Part shown: positions 37,321 to 50,427 of the stretch, piece after piece
Position numbering within the stretch: the first letter of the stretch is position 1
Layout: the number at the start of each line of letters is the position of its first letter
The notes under the pieces: generated by a model
Databases searched by the model: none
What the model was told of the DNA's origin: nothing
Seen by the model: the letters and a program-made list of their open reading frames with translations, nothing else
Position numbers and translations under genes: made by a program
Source of the DNA: Chiloscyllium plagiosum
Taxonomy: Eukaryota
DNA length: 64,000 bases
Direction of reading: 5' to 3'
Assembly: GCF_004010195.1 (NCBI RefSeq)
Contig: NC_057749.1
Span: 15,078,583 to 15,142,582 of the forward strand

Positions 37321-38641
37321 CTTCCTCATCTAACAGTCCCTGCCCTGACAACCCCACCCTCTCCCACCTGCCCCCGTGTCTCTATGGCCCCCAACTACCC
37401 TGCTCCCCCCATCGCTTCTCTCTACCTAGCCCTCCCCATTCCACTCTCTCTCTCTCACCAAAGGGCATCAAACTGGGAGTGCAGTGGGAAAACAGTCTGA
37501 AAGAACACCTTTAGGAAGAAGGGGACAGAGAGAGCTGGAAGCTTCAGCCAAGGAATGTAATTCGGCACAGGAACAAACTACTGCAGATGCTGGAATCTGA
37601 CGTTAGCTCGCTCTCGCTCCATGGATGCTGTGGGACCCGCTGTAGTCACCAGCATTTGTTCTTTACAATGTAATTGGACCTGCATCCATGAGATTATCAG
37701 CACAGGCTTTTGTTAGCGAGCTTCGAGAGGATTTGTAGCTCAGGCTGAGGCTCTGGATGTAGGTATGTTCGCTGAACTGAAGGTCCGTTCCTGCCCCAGT
37801 AACACACACTGCCAATGCCCAGCTCACTACCTGAACAGTTAAATGTTTGACTGAATGAAACTGAAAGCTTCTGGAACTGGACACTGCTCAGGAGGTTCTG
37901 GCTTTTCAACCGTGAGCTCCTGTTAAACGGTGTGGAACTTTACACCAGCACCCACAGACTCCAGCACGGCCCATGGCAGGGGAGTGGTGGTTGCCAATCT
38001 GTTTCGGAGGCTATGCCCTGGAGATGGAGGAGTGTTTCAGCATTCACAGGCTAAGCCCTGCACAGGAAGCTGGCTTCAAGGCACTGCTGATGATCAACTA
38101 AATCCTAAAATCCTCTTGTAGGGTTTGCAGAACTTTTTAAAATACATCCATCTGTCTGTCTATAGACAAGACAAAGTGTTCCAATGAAGAGTCTTATCAG
38201 ACTCCAACTGTTAACTCTACATGTCTCTCTCTATCTCTGCAGATGCTGCCAGACCTGCTGAGTTTCTCCAGCATTCTCTGTTTCTATTTCAGATAAAGTG
38301 CCACCTCCTGTAAAGACAACTTTAAACATGACCAGGATTAATGTTTCACTACAAATATTCCTGGCTAGACCCACTCCCTGCAATACTCTCGAGTCCACAT
38401 CAGCCTCCACATTCCTAGGTCCAGCCTCCCACCATCCCCTCCACTCAGGTCACTCCCCTTCCCCCCCCAACTCCCAAGCTGCTCACACGTGTTACCTCTC
38501 CCTGCGCTCTCAAACACCAAGCCTGAGAACTCGCAGCAATGGCCACACTCTGTTCACTCCTTCCATTTTTTACCCCCACCTCTGTCATGGTGAACTCACA
38601 TGCAATTTGTTGTTGCAAAGTGAGGACACACCCTTCCTTAG

Positions 38642-38965
38642 AAGCGTGGTGGAACGTAGGTCTGGAGGATATGGCCAAGAGAGAGTGGTGGAACGTGGGA
38701 GTGGAGGATGCGCCCAAGGGAGTGTGGTGGAACGTGGGACTGTAGGCTGTGCCCTAGGGAGCGTGGTGAAATGTGGGGCTGGAGGATGCGCCCACGAGAG
38801 TGTAGTGAAATGTGGGACTGTAGGCTGTGCCCAAGGGAGCGTGGTGAAATGTGGGGCTGGAGGATGCGCCCACGAGAGTGTGGTGGAACGTGGGGCTGGA
38901 GGATATGCCCAAGGGAGCGTGGTGGAATGCAGGACGAGGGGATATGGCCAAGGGAGTGTTTTGAA
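38642..38965. repeat. 39-bp diverged minisatellite, about 8 copies
   Basis: Unit approximately agcgtggtggaacgtggggctggaggatatgcccaaggg; 13-aa periodicity in ORF 38298..39008. Confidence 0.9.
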
Positions 38966-40044
38966 ATGCCTGAGACAGTATTACACATGGTCCTGCAACA
39001 GTTTGTAAATTCCCAGCCACAAACTAACGACCTGGGTTCATTTGATGAACATTGGCCCTTGACTCTAAGGTCACGGAAACACTATGGGCAGCTCATCACA
39101 GAATAAGGTAACACAGGAGGATGCCATTCTGCCCACTGTCTCTCTGTCAGCTCTTTGGCTGAGCTGCCCAAATAGTCACCCAGTCACCCCACCTTGCCCC
39201 TTGGCTATTTATCTGATTCTGTTTTGGATATTAGCACAGAGACGGTGCTCCCAGCAGCCTTTCAGGTGTTGCATTCCAGACCACATCCGCCTGCAATCTC
39301 ACAATGCCTCCTGCTCCTTTGCCAAGCACCTCTGGCACAGAGAGCCAGACCTTTCCCTGGGTTATTTTTATAAAACAAACTCATCATGATTTGTAAAACC
39401 TCTATCAAATCGGCTCTTAGATGTCCCTGCATCACTGAAATGCCACATAACATCCCTGGTCATAAAATCTCATGCCATCCTCTCCCAGGAACCTCTCCCT
39501 GAACTGAAGGCTGGACTGGAGCCAGGGACTGACCAGCACTTCCAAAAATTTCCTACAACCACGCTGCATTTCAACTCCACCAATAAAGCAAAACATCATC
39601 TCATGTGTGTTTTTTGTCTTAAAGAAAGCCTTCGTTATATAATGCATACCTGACAGCAATTAGAAACCAGTCATGTAATCACAGGAACTAAGCAAACATT
39701 TTTTCAAAATTCATTCATCGAATGTGGGCGTTGCTGGCAACGCTCTCAGCCCATCCCTAACCGCCTGGGAGAACATGGTGGTTAGCCACCACTGCCAAGT
39801 GCAGCTGCCCATATGGGTGAAGGTTCACTCTCAGTGCAGGCAGCAAAGGGGACTCCAGGCATTTAGCCCGGCAATGTGACAGGAGTAACAGTGACGTTTC
39901 CGATTCGGAGCGGCTGTGCAACTTCGGAGGGAAACTTCAGAGTGGAGGTGCTCCCATTGCCACCCGCTGCCACCCCTGGTCCTGCCAAGGGGCAACCATC
40001 ATTGGAAGGTGCAGTGGAGGGGGGCCAGAGCAAATTGGGCCTAT

Positions 40045-40182
40045 ACGGTTGCTCAGTGGTTAGCACTGCTGCTTCACGGCACCAGGGACCCAGGTTCGAT
40101 TCCCACCTCAGGCGATTCTCTGTGCAGAGTTTGCACATTCTCCCTGTGTCTGCGGGGGTTTCCTCCCACAATCCAAAGATGA
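40045..40182 (+). mobile_element. HE1-type SINE 5' half, abutting a Penelope-like palindromic fragment (about 40183-40330)
   Basis: gctcagtggttagcactgctgc...ggttcgattccc...tttgcacattctccctgtgtctgcg. Confidence 0.8.
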
Positions 40183-41331
40183 TGTGGAGGTGCCAGTGTT
40201 GGACTGCGGTGGACAAGGTCAGAAGTCACACAACGCCAGGTCATAGTCTGACAGGTTTATTTGAAATCACAAGCTTTTACAGCCTAGCGCTCCAAAGACC
40301 TGCCGGAATATAATCCCTGGCGTTGTGTGGTGATTGACTCTGGAGCTCTGATCAGCAAGAACACATTTTAACCCCATCTGCTGAGTGGACCATGCGATTA
40401 AATTTGTAACCCCCGCACCCCCCTCCAGTTATAAACTCTGACAGAATGTTCAGCAAACCCAATCACACATAATAAAGAGCTCTGTCCAAATGGCATTGCT
40501 CTGCATAATTGGGAGCTCATTAACAGCAGATGGATTTTGAGATTCCCAACTTGCGGACCCTGAGAACAAGACCTGAACAGCGTGGCTCCAAAGCAGTTAT
40601 ACCGCACATGCTTCATTCACCGTTACTGGACAGCATTTCCAAGTCAATATCCAAGCCTGCCACAGCATCGCTAACAGAGTTCAAACGCTCAGTGACACTT
40701 CCCAGGGAGTAGTAGACACTAAGCTAAGAGTTAGAAGAGCCAGTTGCTTAAAAACATTGGACTGGAGGTGTCTTTGGAAGGGAGGGGCTGCAAGAAACCT
40801 AGCTACTTAACACCGAGCCTGCTCGGATTCCTTTTCTGTCTTCTTTCATGGGATGAGGGCATTGCTGGCCTGGTCAGCATTTTTTACCCATCCCTAATTG
40901 CCCAGAGGGTAGTTAAGAATTGACCACATGGCTATGTAGGTCAGACCAGGTAAGGACTGTATCTCAGATCCACACTTCCGCCAACATCAGATAACTTTTC
41001 ACCCTTTGCTTAACAAAAATCTATCAACGTGTTCAAGGTGGGGGTGCAAGGGCTCTGCTTCCATTCCCTTTCCAGTGAGGGAATTCCAAAAGCTCGGAGT
41101 CATACAGTACGGTCGCAGAGCCTCCGGCCTAACTCGCCCATGTTCACCAGGTCTGGTCACTCACAAACCTCAGAGAAAGTTTCCCCTTGGCTGTGTCCTA
41201 CAGGACAACCCTTCACTTTACAACTGGTTTGGAATTCTCCCGGGGGAGGATGAAATCTTCCCCAATTGAGCCGTCAAGCCTCAACAGGAGCGGACACCTC
41301 AACCATTGCTTTTATAATGCCGTGGTTTGGC

Positions 41332-41510
41332 AAAGTACAGCAGATGCTGGAGATGCGAGTGAAAACAGAAAGTGCTGGTGAAACTCGGCGGGTCTGGCAG
41401 TGTCTGTGAAGAAAGTTCAGACCAAGAGTCATATTGGACTTAAAAAGGTGACTGTTTCTCTCTCCACAGATGCTGGCAAAGCTATCGAGTATTTCCAGAA
41501 TTGCTGGTTT
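41332..41510. mobile_element. Palindromic Penelope-like-derived element, decayed
   Basis: gcagatgctggagat...tgctggtgaaactcggcgggtctggcagtgtctgtg / ccacagatgctggcaaagc inverted arms. Confidence 0.6.
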
Positions 41511-42892
41511 GATCATTGCTAAACCACAGTCCTGGGCAAAGCAGGGTGATCTGAAGTGAATTAATGCGAGGTTTTAATGCTGAAGGCTATATTATGGTCT
41601 GGTACACTCCCTACCCTCTGCTCCCAAACCTCCCTGCTGTACAGGGTCCCATGAACTTTGACAAGGGAGCAGAGGATCCCAGAAAATGAGGATATTGTGC
41701 TGCTGATTGCAGGAGAAGCACACGTCACTCTGTCGCTGAGGACTGCTGCTCTAACAATGACCATGAAACATTTGTGACTCTTTACCCTCAACGTTCTGTA
41801 CTTGGTGCCCTCAGGTAGCTGGATGTTAAAGTCAATTCAAACAGACCAACTTGTTTCAGAGATACTGCCAACTACTTTCCCGGCGCAGTGGCAGTGTCCC
41901 CACCTCTGGAATAGGAAGTGCTGGTTCAAGACTCACCTGCTTCAGAGGGATCAAACAGTCATACAACATAGAAACCATCTTCCCCCAGTCCGAGTGGAGC
42001 TTTTGTGGCCTGGAGGAAGACGGATTTTCACATACATGTAGAATACCTCAGTTTGCAGCTTGTTCAAGGGGCTGCTCCTCACGTGTTGGTTGTACATCAG
42101 TCCCACGTCCCTGATCGATAAGCACCCGCGGCTCGATTCAATTCCACATCATATATTTTTGAGAGTGGGGGCGGATTGTGGGGAGAGAGGGAGGGGGCAC
42201 GGGGGGGGGAAAGGAGGGGGAGAGAGAGAGAGAGAGAGAGAGAGATGGGCNNNNNNNNNNNNNNNNNNNNNNNNNNNNNNNNNNNNNNNNNNNNNNNNNN
42301 NNNNNNNNNNNNNNNNNNNNNNNNNNNNNNNNNNNNNNNNNNNNNNNNNNNNNNNNNNNNNNNNNNNNNNNNNNNNNNNNNNNNNNNNNNNNNNNNNNNN
42401 NNNNNNNNNNNNNNNNNNNNNNNNNNNNNNNNNNNNNNNNNNNNNNNNNNNNNNNNNNNNNNNNNNNNNNNNNNNNNNNNNNNNNNNNNNNNNNNNNNNN
42501 NNNNNNNNNNNNNNNNNNNNNNNNNNNNNNNNNNNNNNNNNNNNNNNNNNNNNNNNNNNNNNNNNNNNNNNNNNNNNNNNNNNNNNNNNNNNNNNNNNNN
42601 NNNNNNNNNNNNNNNNNNNNNNNNNNNNNNNNNNNNNNNNNNNNNNNNNNNNNNNNNNNNNNNNNNNNNNNNNNNNNNNNNNNNNNNNNNNNNNNNNNNN
42701 NNNNNNNNNNNNNNNNNNNNNNNNNNNNNNNNNNNNNNNNNNNNNNNNNNNNNNNNNNNNNNNNNNNNNNNNNNNNNNNNNNNNNNNNNNNNNNNNNNNN
42801 NNNNNNNNNNNNNNNNNNNNNNNNNNNNNNNNNNNNNNNNNNNNNNNNNNNNNNNNNNNNNNNNNNNNNNNNNNNNNNNNNNNNNNNNNNNA

Positions 42893-42976
42893 TGGGGATG
42901 GCACAGGATGGGGAGTGGGACAGGATGGGGAGTGGGACAGGATGGGGAGTGGGACAGGATGGGGAGTGGGACAGGG
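42893..42976. repeat. 17-bp G-rich tandem repeat at a gap edge
   Basis: Unit gggacaggatggggagt, about 4-5 copies. Confidence 0.85.
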
Positions 42977-43806
42977 TTGGGAGAAGGGGGAGTTGGGAGA
43001 CCAAGTGGGTGAGTTGCTGTAGTTTGGCCTTGAAGGTGGCTGAGAATAAGCCATGTTGGTGAGCCACCAGTCAGATCATGTGGAGCCCCGGGGCGCGGGG
43101 AGCTGGGGTGAGCTGGAAGAAGCTCACCAATACAGTAAGAGGAAATCAATGGAGAAGCTGTCACTCAAGATGCAAACTACACTACACCAACAAATATCAC
43201 CCACCTCCTTCTAACAGCAGGCAGCAGAGCCCAGTCAGTGCATTCTTCCTACTCAGATATATCAAGAAAAAAAAAATGATCTACTAGTAGACTTTTATTA
43301 CAGATGAGTCTTCCAGAAAACAGGCACAGCTTCTAATCTAGAAATTATTTATTGTTCCAAACTGTACTCTCGCTGGAGTGTGATAATGGAGCGAAGAGAT
43401 AGATTCCTTATAAGTGTATAAACTGATGGCTGATCAACTGTACAGTCTATTCCTCCTCCTTGTACAACTGTACATATTTATAGATGATCTATTTACATTC
43501 AGAGTCACTGGATGAAGGAATGATAGGCATTGCAGTGCTCCCACTTCATTGAATTTCCTAACAAGGAATCTCTCTCCCATAGGAACAATCCACTCCTGTT
43601 TCATCATGGCTTTTGCCAAATTCAGGCGGGATATGCCATCACGTTGAAATGTTGTGGTTTTGGCACTGACCCGTCCATCGAGGCTCACTCGCTGCTCATC
43701 AACCAAAGACAGCAGCTCACACTCTGTTCTATAAAAAAAATACATTCCTGGCAAGTCCAAAGCTGAAGCTGCTCAGTCTCCTTTGTTATTCTGGTCTCCT
43801 GGAAGT

Positions 43807-43839
<33 letters not shown>

Positions 43840-43989
43840 CCAGCCAGCACCTTTACCGATACAACCGAAATGCCATTAAAAACTCATTCGCCACTCTTAC
43901 ATATCCTGAGGGCCTTAATGAAGCCCAGCGTAAAACTATTTCTCATGCCCTCCTCCCAGGGTCTCATAGGTAAAGGCTCTGTCTGTGAG

Positions 43990-44232
43990 ACACTGAGGAG
44001 CAGGAAAAATATCGTTTTGGGCAAAAGCCCTTCACCAGGAATAGAGACAGGCAGCCTCCAGGGTGGATTTATCTCTCCACCCTGGGGCCTTCCTGCCTCC
44101 TTCCTGATGAAGGGCTTTTGCCCAAAACGTTGTTTTTCCTGCTCCATGGATGTTGCCTGACCTGCTGTGCTTTTCCAGCACCAGTCTAATCTAAACTCTG
44201 GTTTCCAGCATCTGCAGTCCTCACTTTTGCCT
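43990..44232. mobile_element. Palindromic Penelope-like-derived element with two mutated hammerhead motifs
   Basis: Plus strand cctgatgaagggcttttgcccaaaacgttg at 44103-44132; inverted copy at about 44010-44040. Confidence 0.75.
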
Positions 44233-44944
44233 GTGTAACACGGAGTCCCATAAGACCAGGCGACTGTGTGTGCTGGATTGGTAACATTCCTCTCTCTCCC
44301 ATTCATGGTGCTCTAGTCAATCCCAACAAGTTGCATTTAGAAAGCACCTTAACAGTCCTCCAGCTATTAATCAGATAAAGCAAACTTTGCCACAAGTACA
44401 AAGCAGCGGGTATCAGGATAGACGGAGCTTTCTAAAGCTGGGTCAGAGGTAAGTTTGCAAGGAGCCCCTCAGAGAGAGAGAGGGGAGAGGGGAGAGGGGT
44501 ACAGGGACTGAGACAGGGAAGCAGACCCATCAGAGGCTGAATGCAGGATGGGACCATACCTTTACCTGGCATGTCTTTTTACTCCCAGTAGAGGTCACTG
44601 TAAGGCAATCAGGAGAAGGCTCTCTGGCTGCTCTCTATTGAGCGGACTTACTGTCTGTGTCCTCATCCCAGACTGAGACAGGACAACGCTCTGACAGAGA
44701 GGTCAGCCATTGTAACGAGTCAAACCGTTCATACATTCCCAGCAAAAGAAAACACACAATGGCATCAAATGTAAGACAAGGACAGTTACACTTGCAATCC
44801 TCTCGCTGGTACCTTTCATTGTCTTAAAAGGTACATTGATACAAATCGTCATCGGATGCTCAGCACGGATTAGCCTCAGAGACTTCAGGCCGTGCTGCTT
44901 GGTGCAGGGTCGCTATCACTAACTCCCAAAAACAAAAAGAAATG

Positions 44945-45258
44945 TTCATTTCCGTAGCACCTGCCATAAACAACTGACATCCCAAACTGTTTGACCACCA
45001 CTGAAGATCTTCTGAGCTGAGATCACTGCTTTAATGCAGGAAACCCAGGAGCAATTTGCACCCAGCAAGCTTCCACAAACAGCAATGTGATGATGACCAG
45101 AGAATCTGTGTTTACGATGATGACTGAGGGATAAACATGGGCCGGTGCTGCAAGGGGAACCTCCCCCTGCTGCTCTTCCACATACTGCCATGGGTCCCTT
45201 TGGCCTTGTTCAAACATCTCGACTGAAAGTAGATATCTCCAGCAGTACAGTACTCCAA
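44945..45258 (-). mobile_element. DeuSINE-like element
   Basis: Reverse complement contains tttatccctcagtcatc...tctggtcatcatcacattgctgtttgtggaagcttgctgggtgcaaattg, a Deu-domain-like sequence. Confidence 0.65.
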
Positions 45259-45319
45259 GACCAGCTTATTTTAAAATTGCACAACACCAGCCTATAGTCC
45301 AACAGGTTTATTTGGAAGC

Positions 45320-45352
45320 ACTAACTTTCAGAGTGCTGCTCCTTCATCAGGT
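45320..45352 (-). ncRNA. Minimal hammerhead-ribozyme motif (Penelope type) in a palindromic element
   Basis: Minus strand reads CUGAUGA-A-GGAG-CAGCA-CUCU-GAAA-GUUA: intact core, pairable stem II and a very short stem III. Sense to the receptor pre-mRNA. Confidence 0.55.
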
Positions 45353-45690
45353 CATAGAGTCAGAGATGTACAGCACGGAAACAGACCCTTCGGTCTAACC
45401 CGTCCATGCCGACCAGACATTCCAACTCAATCTAGTCCCACCTGCCAGCACCCGGCCCATGTCCCTCCAAACCTTCCTATTCATATACCCATCCAGATAC
45501 CTTTTAAATGTTGCAATTGTACCAGCCTCCACCACATCCTCTGGCAGCTCATTCCATACACGTACCACCCTCTGTGTGAAAAAGTTGCCCTGTAGGTCTC
45601 TTTTATACCTTTCCCCTCTCACCCTAAACCTATGCCCTCTAGTTCTGGGGGCAAGGATAGGGTAAATAGGCAAAGTCTTTTCCCTGGGGT
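45352..45690 (-). mobile_element. HER1/CR1 3' end with an inverted 5' segment
   Basis: 45352-45646 is in minus orientation; about 45655-45690 (ggatagggtaaataggcaaagtcttttccctgggg) is in plus orientation. Confidence 0.85.
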
Positions 45691-46109
45691 GTCTGTGACC
45701 AATGCTCCGAAAGCTAGTGCTTCCAAATAAACCTGTTGGACTGTAACGTGGTGCTGTGTGATTTTTGCCTTTGCCCCCTCCAGTCCAACACCAGCTCTTG
45801 TACATCATCACTTTCTTATGGTCACTCCTTGGAGTGGGTGTTGAACCCAGAACCTAGTGACTCAGGGACGAGTGTGCAATCTCAGAGGGGGAACTGAAGC
45901 TAAATCTGGAGTTGGTTTTGTTTTGGGAAGTTTCAGCACGTGGTGGTCTTCCCCTTCTCGCCTCAGTTTGATGCTTATCAAAAACACTGAAACACGGTTT
46001 GACAATTCAGCCAAATTGGAGACAGTAGCATCTACGAGATTCCACCGCACTGCTTGCTGAGTCAAGCACGCCATCGGTGATATTTCGAGACAGGAAGAGT
46101 CTTCTGGGA

Positions 46110-46320
46110 ATCACAGTGTAGAACGCCATTCAGCCCATCAAGTCCACACCGACCCTCCAGAGAGCATCTCATCCAGACCCACTCCTATCTCTATAACCCT
46201 GCATTTCCCATGGCTAATCCAGCCCAACCTGCACATCTTTGGACAGTGGGAGGAAACCAGAGCACCTGAACTCATGCAGACATAGGGAGAACATGAAAAC
46301 TCCACACAGTCACTTGTCAA
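46110..46320 (-). mobile_element. HE1-type SINE 3' part
   Basis: caagtccacaccgaccctcc...aacctgcacatctttggacagtgggaggaaacc. Confidence 0.8.
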
Positions 46321-47800
46321 GATCCCAGGATATCCGCAAACTCTAATTTCCAGCAGACATACACCCCACAGCAATACTTACAACCCCAAGTCTGGCTTGC
46401 CACTAAAGCTAGATTTCAAAAGCTCCCGCACTGTTTCTGTCAAACATCTGTAATGTCCAGTATTTTGACAATGTAATTTATGAAGTGCGTTGGGCAGTAC
46501 ACCATTAGGTGCCACACAAATGCAAGCTGCTGCTCTCCAAACTTTCCAGTGAGTTCGCTTCAAACCTGTCCCAGGAAAGTCCAAAAGTCAACGCATCACT
46601 TTCTCTTGTTATTCCTCGATGGTTTATAGCCATCTCTGGTTGGGCCCGCATTTGCTGCCTACACGGAGCTGCAGTAACCACATTTACAGGCCATTCCGAC
46701 AGATATGTGGATAGGAAAGGCTGATATGGGCTAAACACAGGCAAACGGGACTGGTTTAGTTTGGGAAACGTGGCCAGCATGGACAAGCATGAGCAAGAGG
46801 TCTGTTTGCGGGCTGTATCACTCCCTGAGAGTGTGGTGTTGGGGAGTTGCCTTCTTGAACTGCTGCAGTACATATGCCATAGGCATTCTCTCAGGGTTGG
46901 CAGGGAGGGAATTCCACAATTTTGACCTAACGTCACTGAAGGCACAGCGATATATTCCCAAGTCAAGATGGTGTGTGGCTTGGAGGGGAATTTGAAAGGG
47001 AAAGGGGATGGGAGATCTCCCCTGCCCCCTTGTCCTTCTCACGTCACAGACTTGGGAGATGCTGACAGTTTCCTCCCACTGTCCAAAGATCTCTCTCAAG
47101 ATCTTTTATCGATTCGTTCGAAACTGCCTGAAGGGAAAGGAGGACCCGAGACGTGCTCACATTAAATCAGCTAATCATTGTGCTTTTGCGAGATTAAAAC
47201 GGAGGGGTGGTGGGGGGGGGGGGGCACAATCCCTTTGTTCTTCAAGCTCTGCCCAAGGCTCAAGGACAAATTATTCCTTATTCTTGCTGCTCGCCCTAAC
47301 TGCCCAGAAAGGAATTCCGACAATGCGGGTCGGGTTAGAATTTAAGTTGGCGAGTTGGGAGTACAAAGAGCAATCGTGAAATATGGCATTCCACAACATC
47401 GACCCTTTGAAGCTGTAATCCCAGGCGTGACCTGAAGTGGTCACCAAATCCTACCCCTCAGACAGAGAAAGGTGGCGGGGGGAAGGGGGAGAGGAGAGAG
47501 AGAGAGATGGCTGAAAATGGAGAAACATGCACAGTTCAAAAGCAAACAGTGCCTGTAAAATGGAAGCAAGACAGATTTTTTTTTAAAAAAGAAGCAAACA
47601 CGTGCTCACAGACAGAGGTGGAATGAGGAGACCATTCAGGTGGAAATTACAGGAAGAGAAAGGAAATGGGTGTAACAGAAAGAGGTTGGAATAGAGTAGA
47701 AGAAGAAAAAAAGGACACTAAGAAATAAGGAAAGAGAGAGAGAGAGAGGAGGAATAGAAGAATAAACAAACAAATAAGATGATAATATCAGAAAGAGAAC

Positions 47801-48508
47801 TAGAGTCATAGAAATGTACAGCACAGAAACAGACCCTTCGGTCCAACTAGTCCATGCCGACCAAGCATTCCAACGCAATCTAGTTCCATTTGCCAGGACC
47901 TGGCCCCTATCCCTCCAAACCCTTCCTATTCATTTACCTGGGAAAAAGTGAGGACTGCAGATGCTGGAGATCAGAGCTGAAAAATGTTTTGTTGGAAAAG
48001 CGCAGCAGGTCAAGCAGCATCCTGCTGCGCTTTTCCAGCAACACATTTTTCAGCGCTATTCATTCACCCGTCCAGATGCCTTTTAAATGCTATAATTGTA
48101 CCCCCCTCCACCACTTCCTCTGGCAGCTCATTCCATACACGTACCACCCTGTGTGTGAAAAAGTTGCTCTTTAGGTCCCTTTTATAACTTTCCCCTCTCA
48201 CCCTAAACCTAGTTTTGGACACCCCTACCCCAGGGAGAAGACTTGGCTATTCACCCTATCCGTGCCCCTCATGAGCTTATAAACCTCTATAAGGTCACCC
48301 CTCAGCCTCCGACGCTTCAGGGAAAACAGTCCCAGCCTGTTCAGCCTCTCCCTGGGCTCAAACCCTCCAACCCTGGCAACATCCTTGTAAATCTTTTCTG
48401 AACCCTTTCAAGTTTCACAACATCCTTCCAATAGCAAAGAGACCAGAATCGCACGCAATATTCCAAACGTGGCCTAACCAATGTCCTGTACAGCTGCAAC
48501 ATGACCTA
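47801..48508 (-). mobile_element. HER1/CR1 3' fragment interrupted by a palindromic element (about 47940-48055)
   Basis: LINE sequence on both sides; ctattcatt is duplicated at 47926-47934 and 48056-48064. Confidence 0.85.
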
Positions 48509-48577
48509 ATGGATAGAATCTCTTCCAATGTCTAAACTGTTGTTGTCACTATTCCATTGTTACTTACTATTTGTACA

Positions 48578-49930
48578 AGTCAGGGATGTACAGCATGGAA
48601 ACAGATCCTTCGGTTCAACTCGTCCCTGCTGACCAGATATCCCAAACCAACCTAGCGCCAACACCTGGCCCATATCCCTCCAAACCCTTTATGTTCATGT
48701 ATCCATCCAGATGCCTTTTAAATGTTGTAATTGTACCAGCTCCATCACTTCCTCTGGCAGCTCATTCCAAACACACACCACCCTCTGCATTAAAGAGTTG
48801 CACCTTAGGTCTTTTTTAAATCTTTCCCCTCTCACCCTTAAACCTATGCCCCCTAATTTTGGACTCCCCCACCCCAGGGAAAAGACTTTGTCTATTTATC
48901 CTATCCATGCCCTTCATGATTTTGTAAATCTCTATAAGGTCACCCCTCAGCCTCTGACGCTCCAGGGAAAACAGCCCCAGTCTATTCAGCCTCTCCCTAT
49001 AGCTCAAATCCTCCAACCCTGGCAACATCCTTGTAAATCTTTTTCGAACCCCTTTCGGTTTCACAACATCTTTCCGATAGGAACGAGACCAGAATTGCAT
49101 GTAATATGCCAAAAGTGGCCTAACCAATGTACTGTACAGTCACAACATGACCTCCCAACTCCTGTACTCTGACCACTAAAGCAAAGCATACCAAGTGCCT
49201 TCTTCACTATCCTATCTAACTGCAACCCCACTTTCAAGGAGCTATGAACCTGCACTCCAAGGTTTCTTTGTTTAGCAACACTCCCTAGGACCTTACCATT
49301 AAGGTATAAATCCTGCTAAGATTTGCTTTCCCAAAATGTAGCACCTCGCATTTATCTAAATTAAACTCCATCTGCCACACCTCTGCCCATTGGCCCATCT
49401 GGTCAAGATCCTGTTGTAATCTGAGGTAACCCTCTTTGCTGTCCACTACACCTCCAATTTGGTGTCATCTGCAAACTTACTAACTGTACCTCTTATGCTC
49501 ACATCCAAATCATTTATATAAATGACGGAAAGTAGTGGACCCAGCACCGATCCTTGTGGCACTCCACTGGTCACAGGCCTCCAGTCCGAAAAACAGCCCT
49601 CCATCACCACCCTCTGTCTTCTACCTTTGAGCCAGTTCTGTATCCAAATGGCTAGTTCTCCCTGTATTCCGTGAGATCTAACCTTGCTAATCAGTCTCCC
49701 ATGGGGAACCTTGTCGAACGCCTTAGTGAAGTCCATATAGATCACATCTACTGCTCTGCCCTCATCAATCTTCTTTGTTACTTCTTCAAAAAATTCAATC
49801 AAGTTTGTGAGACATGATTTCCCATGCATAAAGCCATGTTGACTATCCTGGATCAGTCCTTGCCTTTCCAAATGCATGTACATCCTGTCCCTCAGGATTC
49901 CCTCCAACAACTTGCCCACCACCGATGTCA
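48578..49930 (-). mobile_element. HER1/CR1 LINE, about 1.35-kb 3' fragment
   Basis: ORF 49446..49946: SQHGF...[17 protein letters not shown]...[12 protein letters not shown]...SKFADDTK. Confidence 0.95.
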
Positions 49931-50317
49931 GGGAACTAAATAACATGCTGCAGAGAGTGAACTGGACATGCTGAGCTGAACAGGACAGCTAACATTCCAG
50001 CACTTACTACAGATCTGCTCAGGCCAGAGGTGAGCTACCTAAAACGTCACACCTTCTCTCTCTCAATATAGATATTTCCTGGCTTCTGGCATTTTCTATC
50101 TTTCTCTCCAGAAGGGTCCAGTAAATCCAGGAGTGTAGCGACTCGGAGTTGAAAGGTCATGGTGGAACATTAAAAACATACTTCCAAATCTCACAAGTGA
50201 ATGCGTGTTTATCCAATATGACCTCAATTGGCAACCACTTCTCTTGCTGTAAAATTTGGCGTTCCCTTTCCAAAGTCTGGTTTTTTGCATCCCAGTCCTG
50301 ACGAGTACAAGGTACAT

Positions 50318-50427
50318 AGCAGAAAGTGAGGACAGCAGATGCTGATGAAGAGTTTATGCCCGAAACGTTGATCCTCCTGCTCCTCGGATGCTGCCTGACC
50401 TGCTGTGCTGTTCCAGTGCTACACTCT
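50318..50427 (+). mobile_element. Short Penelope-like-derived element with hammerhead motif and 16-bp flanking direct repeat
   Basis: ctgatgaagagtttatgcccgaaacgttg at 50342-50370; cgagtacaaggtacat at 50302-50317 and 50428-50443. Confidence 0.7.

Noticed and set aside
38298..39008. 236-aa ORF with Gly/Cys repeats
   Set aside because: Explained by a 39-bp minisatellite; no domain similarity.
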